A DNA stretch of 64,000 nt, from the NCBI GenBank assembly GCA_031414595.1, contig JANNVX010000018.1:128001-192000 (forward strand), in the 5' to 3' direction. Shown here one piece after another: positions 59,138-64,000 of the stretch (position 1 is the first letter of the stretch; every line of letters begins with the position of its first letter). The notes beneath the pieces were generated by a model that worked only from the letters and a program-made list of their open reading frames with translations, ran no database searches and was not told where the DNA came from. The DNA is from Deinococcales bacterium. Its GTDB lineage: Bacteria > Deinococcota > Deinococci > Deinococcales > JAAFIG01. Position numbers and translations under genes: made by a program.

Positions 59138-60355
59138 ATGAAATTACTAGCCCCAATTATTCTGGCTGCCTTGCTGGTGGCTTGCCCCAACCCAAGCCCG
59201 ACCAACCGCGCTCCAATCGCTGCTTTTACCATTTCGAGCAACCCTAGTACAGTTGGCACAACCCTCAATTTTAATGCCAGCACCTCGAGCGATCCAGACG
59301 GCAATGTTTTAACGTATGCTTGGAATTTTGGTGATTCCAGCACAGCAATCGGCGTGACAAGCTCGCACGCATTTGCAACCGCAGGTAGTTTCACAGTTAT
59401 ACTAACCGTCTCGGATGGAAAACTCAGCACACCAATCACCCAAAATCTAACCATTAACCCTGCTCCCTTGAGCTTTGGTAAAATCACCTATACCTATCAA
59501 AATAATGTCTATCGAGTCAGCGCCCAAGCTGGCGCAACCCCAGAGAATGTCTCGGCGCTGATCACCACTGGCACACGCAAACCAGAGCGCCGCTTAAACA
59601 TCTCGCCTAATGGTACATGGCTGGTTCTCGAGACCCAAAACTTAGATGTCGGATGTGATGGCAATTACTGCCTTGCGGTTGCCCCAAGCGCCAATCCTGC
59701 CAGTGCCGCAGTGGTACGCACCCCAAATTTAGTTCAAGACTCCCAAGGTTTCCCTGCCATCTCCAGCGACGGCAACCTGATTGTTTACACCGCCAGTGGT
59801 GGCGCACATAACTTTGACCTCTGGGCAATCCGTAAGACTGCTAATACTTGGGCTGCGCCAGTGCAGATTACCCAAACCAGCACCCAAAACTACAACGACC
59901 AGCCCGCCATCTCGAGCGACGGCAGTAAGGTTTTGTTTGATTGCGGGGTTGTGGCTTTTGGCGAAGGTAACACCAGTATCTGCGAAATCGGCACAAACGG
60001 CACAGGTTTCAGGGTTGTGGTTTCCCCGAGTAACGCCCCCTCGAGTATTGCAAGTAAAGGACCGACCCATCATGCTGATTATTTGTCCGACGGAAGTATT
60101 GCCTTTGACACAGCTTGGGATGCCGATGCAGTCTGGAAAATTCTTGGCAACACCATCAGCAAAGTCTCGCAGGTCAACAACAACGTCGCTCCATGTGGAC
60201 TAAGCGGTGGCAAAGTTGCTTCGCTCTGGCTCGAGCGCAGTGGCAATACCAATGGTTATCACGAACTCATCATGACCGATAACAACGGAGCGAATCTTCA
60301 AACCATTGTCACGGGAATTGACATCGAAGACATCGGTATTGGCTGTGGAGGGTAA
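59138..60355 (+). CDS. PKD + TolB/PD40-like propeller lipoprotein
   Basis: Lipobox LVAC; SDPDG..YAWNFGD; PAISSDG repeats. Confidence 0.8.
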   Translation: MKLLAPIILAALLVACPNPSPTNRAPIAAFTISSNPSTVGTTLNFNASTSSDPDGNVLTYAWNFGDSSTAIGVTSSHAFATAGSFTVILTVSDGKLSTPITQNLTINPAPLSFGKITYTYQNNVYRVSAQAGATPENVSALITTGTRKPERRLNISPNGTWLVLETQNLDVGCDGNYCLAVAPSANPASAAVVRTPNLVQDSQGFPAISSDGNLIVYTASGGAHNFDLWAIRKTANTWAAPVQITQTSTQNYNDQPAISSDGSKVLFDCGVVAFGEGNTSICEIGTNGTGFRVVVSPSNAPSSIASKGPTHHADYLSDGSIAFDTAWDADAVWKILGNTISKVSQVNNNVAPCGLSGGKVASLWLERSGNTNGYHELIMTDNNGANLQTIVTGIDIEDIGIGCGG

Positions 60356-60385
60356 AGGTCAAAAAACCGTAGGGGCGGGGCTTGT

Positions 60386-60676
60386 ATCATACACTCCGAC
60401 TTAATCAAGAAAAACGTGTGCAACGCGAAAAAATCCTCCCCTGTCGTTAGACAGATGGGAGGTGGCGCGAGTGCAACGAGTGACGGAGGGGTCTGCGGCG
60501 CGTAAACGAAGAGACGCTGTGCAGACCCCTCCGACGCGCTTCGCTTGCCACCATTAGCACGCAGTGCTAATCGTCCTGCTTCGCGGGGAGGACAAAATCC
60601 AAGTGCTGAGTCACGAATTGAAACATAAGATTTACTGGTATAAACAGCAAAAACGATTAAGTCGGAGTCAATGACT
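60386..60676. mobile_element. ~290-bp MITE-like element inserted in a REP
   Basis: Perfect 14-bp TIR core ACTCCGACTTAATC (60393-406) / GATTAAGTCGGAGT (60655-68); TTGT on both flanks. Confidence 0.7.
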
Positions 60677-60735
60677 TTGTGTTCGCCCTGTGAGACAACA
60701 TGATTTGAATTCGCCCTGCTCGAGAAAGGAAACCC

Positions 60736-61428
60736 ATGAAAAATAAATCCCTGATAGTTGCTTTTATTCTCGGCTCGAGCTTCATCGCTTGGGCTGCCTC
60801 GAGTACGCTTAAACTCAGCATTAACGGCACAGCGTACAGCCCAGCTGTAATTGTGCAGAACGGCAAAACCTATATCCCGCTCGAGGCGCTACAAAAAGCT
60901 GGGGTCAAAGCCATTGTTTCTAAAACCGAGGTCAAGCTCGAGTTGCCGGGCTTTGTCGGTGGCGCAAACCAACGGGCATCACTCGAGGGCTGCCTTGGTG
61001 AAACGCTTTTTAATGGGGTCTGGCGCATTAAAACCACCAAGCTCGAGGTGCTTAAAACCGATAAACTCGGCTGGGGCTTAACGCTCGAGGTCAAAAATGG
61101 AAGTCCAGCCACAATCACGCCAGTGGATGCTGGTTTTGATGGGACTGGACAAGGTATTCAATTGGCTTTTGCCGATGCCAGCACGCTTAACGTCGATGCT
61201 ATGGATGTCCAGAGAGTCACTTTTGCCAGTTTGCCGCCGGGTGGTGCAGTAACGCATCAGCTTAAATTCTTTTATCCGTTTGGGACAGCCGATAGTGCTA
61301 TAAAAACCCCGACGAAGTTCCTGCTTGAGCTTAATCCAAAATCTATTGGCGACAGTACCAAAGCCAAAGGGGTGGCGTTTAGCGTACCTAATCCAAGTTT
61401 GCGGGTGCGCTTGGATTGTCAAAAGTAA
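60736..61428 (+). CDS. Hypothetical secreted protein
   Basis: Signal peptide; NGKTYIPL motif like copper-amine-oxidase N-terminal domains. Confidence 0.7.
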   Translation: MKNKSLIVAFILGSSFIAWAASSTLKLSINGTAYSPAVIVQNGKTYIPLEALQKAGVKAIVSKTEVKLELPGFVGGANQRASLEGCLGETLFNGVWRIKTTKLEVLKTDKLGWGLTLEVKNGSPATITPVDAGFDGTGQGIQLAFADASTLNVDAMDVQRVTFASLPPGGAVTHQLKFFYPFGTADSAIKTPTKFLLELNPKSIGDSTKAKGVAFSVPNPSLRVRLDCQK

Positions 61429-61694
61429 AATTGCTTGTATTCAACTGGAGACTTGGGCTTAGGTTTTGATTATTGTGGGATAAAAGAACCCTTAACCGCC
61501 CCTTTTGGAAAACTACTTCTGCTTTGGTTGAGGGCAAAATTATTGTTGCTTCCTGATTGAAATTGCAAGAGCGTAGGCAAGTTTTAGCGCAGAAATTTCA
61601 CAAGAACTATTGACTATTTTTATCACGACACGATTTGACGCACTAGCCAACGAAACTCACCTTCGAGCGGTTTTAAGCCCTCGAGAGGAGTTTT

Positions 61695-61829
61695 ATGTTC
61701 AAGCGTGTTGTACAAATTTTACTCGCCGTCGTCCTTTTAGCCGTGGTTGCTGCACCTAATGCCAGTGTCACAACCCCAACCCCAGTTTTAATTGCTGGTG
61801 ACGACCCCGGTGGTGGAACAGGCGGTTAA
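61695..61829 (+). CDS. 44-aa secreted peptide, candidate signalling pro-peptide
   Basis: GAGGAG RBS; MFKRVVQILLAVVLLAVVAAPNASVTTPTPVLIAGDDPGGGTGG. Confidence 0.75.
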   Translation: MFKRVVQILLAVVLLAVVAAPNASVTTPTPVLIAGDDPGGGTGG

Positions 61830-61838
61830 TTTTAGGCG

Positions 61839-61873
61839 GTAGCGCCAAGAGCATCAGCTTTTGGCGCTACAAT
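61839..61873 (+). promoter_or_regulatory. Hairpin after the peptide gene, overlapping the -10 of the TPR gene
   Basis: GTAGCGCCAAGA / TTTTGGCGCTAC stem; TACAAT 61868-73 lies 7 nt before ATG 61881. Confidence 0.55.
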
Positions 61874-61880
61874 ACTGACC

Positions 61881-63533
61881 ATGCGAATCAGTCCGACCAA
61901 TCAATGGAATGAATACTACATGCAATACAAAAAACTGGTTCGTCAACAACATTGGTTTGCTTTGCAGCAATCCTTTCCAGTCGTCTTGCGCTTGGCGCGT
62001 AATGTTAAACAGCATCAGGATTTCTTAAAAATGATTGAACCACTGCAAAGCATCATCTTAAATCCGTCGAATCATCTGATTTATGCTGAACTACTACTTC
62101 GCGCTCGAGCTTTTACCAAAGCCCTACATTTTCTCGAGACCCTGATGCCAAACCCAAATGCCTTATCTTTATATGCTCTTGCCTTACTGCGAAACCAGCA
62201 ACCGATAGAAGCCCTGAAACAAGCCCAAATTGCCTTACCCACAGGTATCCGTTTAGACCTTGCCTACCGAGTGATTGCCGAAGCCAGTTTTGAGATGCGT
62301 TTACCAAATTGGCAAAAAGCATTTGGCAAAGCAGTTGACCACACCAAAGGTCGTCAGTGCGGCTATGTCTGGATAGAATGGGGACGAGCTTTAGAACTTG
62401 AACTTCAAGGGGCTGCCGCTCGAGAATGCTGGGCAACAGCCCAAGATTTTTTTGAGCAAGATGCCTATTACCAAGCCCAAATCATGGCGAATATGGGTTT
62501 ATCCTGTGTTAAAGAATTAAAACTCGAGGAAGCAGAAGGTCATTACGCCCAACTCTTGAAACGCGCTTCACACCCAGAAGCCAAGAGTTTTCAGTCTCAA
62601 GCCTGGCGCGGTTTTGGTTTATCTTGGCGAGCCGCAGGAGAATATCAACGTGCGCTATTTGCTTATGAAAAAGCCTTAAAACTCTCCAAAGAACCCTTTG
62701 ATAAAATCCAAGCCCAACGTGGCATCGGTCATACCCTGCGCTTACAAGGTTATCCAAGCCAAGCTCTAACGCACCTACAAAAAGCCTTGGCAATCCAAAA
62801 GAAAAATAATCTTCCCCTGACCATTTACCCAGACTTAGCGGCAGCACGGCTTAGCAACGGCAACATCGAAGCTGCCTTAAACGACCTCGAGCAATGGCAA
62901 GGCAGGGGCGAAGACGAGGAACGCCGTCAGATTGTCTTTGCCGAAATCGCACGGCAACACCAAAATCCTAACCTTGCGCTCGAGTATGCCCAAAAAGTAC
63001 GTTGGTACAGCCTTTGGGGACGTGAAGAACTCAAATGTTTTGCAAAACTTCAAGCCTTATTGATGAGCATGAACCTGACCTTACCTGAATCACCACCAAG
63101 CAATGCAGAATTTCAGATTGTGGTCAGAGCCAGAGGGACATTGCAAATCAGTATTAACCAACGCCGCCTGAGCATTAACCCTACCAGTCGGGCGGCACAA
63201 CTCTTGGTTTTACTGCTCGAGCATCATCAGTCTCGCAGCGCCCGTGATTTACTCCTCGATTTTTATCCAAACACCACCAAGGTTGAAGCTCGAGCCAAAC
63301 AAAAACTAATTTCAAAAGCTGTGGCTGCTTTACGTGAAATGCTTGGTTGGAATGAAAGTGTGATGCAAAAAGGTGGGGTTTATAGCCTCGACCCGAACAG
63401 CATTTGGCATTACGATGTACAAGAAGCACGGGGAAAAGGCGAAGCGGTTGCGGTGTTTATGACGGGTGTAAGTGAAGATTGGGTACTCGAGCGAATACGA
63501 TCTTTTGATCATCAACCACGCGATTTGAACTGA
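61881..63533 (+). CDS. TPR protein with C-terminal SARP/OmpR-like winged helix
   Basis: Several TPRs (e.g. QAWRGFGLSWRAAGEYQRALFAYEKAL); C-terminal G.L.I...LLVLLL...FYP...LREMLG...GVYSL; no P-loop. Confidence 0.8.
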   Translation: MRISPTNQWNEYYMQYKKLVRQQHWFALQQSFPVVLRLARNVKQHQDFLKMIEPLQSIILNPSNHLIYAELLLRARAFTKALHFLETLMPNPNALSLYALALLRNQQPIEALKQAQIALPTGIRLDLAYRVIAEASFEMRLPNWQKAFGKAVDHTKGRQCGYVWIEWGRALELELQGAAARECWATAQDFFEQDAYYQAQIMANMGLSCVKELKLEEAEGHYAQLLKRASHPEAKSFQSQAWRGFGLSWRAAGEYQRALFAYEKALKLSKEPFDKIQAQRGIGHTLRLQGYPSQALTHLQKALAIQKKNNLPLTIYPDLAAARLSNGNIEAALNDLEQWQGRGEDEERRQIVFAEIARQHQNPNLALEYAQKVRWYSLWGREELKCFAKLQALLMSMNLTLPESPPSNAEFQIVVRARGTLQISINQRRLSINPTSRAAQLLVLLLEHHQSRSARDLLLDFYPNTTKVEARAKQKLISKAVAALREMLGWNESVMQKGGVYSLDPNSIWHYDVQEARGKGEAVAVFMTGVSEDWVLERIRSFDHQPRDLN

Positions 63534-63642
63534 GTTAGATGCACTCAGGTTATCAGAGTACAGATACAAATTGTAAATAAAAGCGACCATCAGGCGACAG
63601 GGGTGGAGTATTGTCGTGTTAATTCGCTATTAGGAGTAACCC

Positions 63643-64000
63643 ATGAAAGCTACTCAGAAAAAAACCATTCGTTTACAACAAGTACAAAAACTGCTCGAGG
63701 CTGCACCACGCACTTACCAAGACCTTTGTAATCGGCTCGAGATAGACCACTCACCAGCCAGTATACGGGCTTTACAACGTGATTTAACCGATCTTACCAA
63801 CCAAGGTTTTGAGATTACCTCTCAAGCAACACGCCCTGAGAAGTTCAAAATTACCAAAAGTCCACCGCCACGCATGAAACCCGACGAAGCCCTTGCTGCC
63901 CATATCGCTTTGCGTCTGCTGTACCACCACTCGAGCAACCCACCAAAAAGTTATCAGAACGCCCTCGAGAAGATTTTACTGACCATGCCACCGCAAATGC
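63643..64000 (+). CDS. HTH regulator, probably WYL-domain (YafY-like); truncated by window end
   Basis: AGGAG RBS; MKATQKKTIRL...SIRALQRDLTDL...MKPDEALAAHIALRLLYHH; the WYL domain itself is not visible. Confidence 0.65.
   Translation, partial: MKATQKKTIRLQQVQKLLEAAPRTYQDLCNRLEIDHSPASIRALQRDLTDLTNQGFEITSQATRPEKFKITKSPPPRMKPDEALAAHIALRLLYHHSSNPPKSYQNALEKILLTMPPQM

Noticed and set aside
61626-63616. CGACA...TG(T/A)CG half-sites before the peptide gene (61626-40) and the WYL-like gene (63595-616) as a shared operator
   Set aside because: Spacers differ (5 versus 12 nt) and the matches are too short to support.

Overview
Bacterial chromosomal window of moderate GC, most likely from a Deinococcota (Deinococcales-like) organism. 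This is inferred from the ATPase-degenerate PriA, a short non-discriminating AspRS, CIRCE plus HAIR sites before groES and many leaderless genes. Housekeeping blocks are priA, ilvBN, a sugar ABC transporter, a GABA/polyamine catabolic run (gabT, gabD, amidohydrolase), glnA, groESL, htpG and aspS. They alternate with clusters of surface lipoproteins (trypsin-, papain-, RCC1-, collagen- and PKD-type) lying next to three TPR/SARP-type regulators, and with small TA and nuclease passenger genes. The palindrome CTCGAG is strongly over-represented throughout. The most notable items are absent from the ORF track: (1) a ~97-nt structured sRNA with its own promoter and terminator, convergent with a DUF3800 gene; (2) a 44-aa secreted 'GDDPGGG' peptide directly upstream of a TPR-wHTH regulator and a probable WYL regulator, a candidate peptide-signalling module; (3) leader-peptide attenuators at ilvB and aspS and a PPP-containing uORF before gabT; (4) a RiPP-leader-like peptide inside a globin/RCC1/collagen operon; (5) two MITEs, one splitting a MazF toxin and one splitting a REP. 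No rRNA, tRNA or CRISPR array was seen. All family calls come from motif recognition by eye, not database searches.
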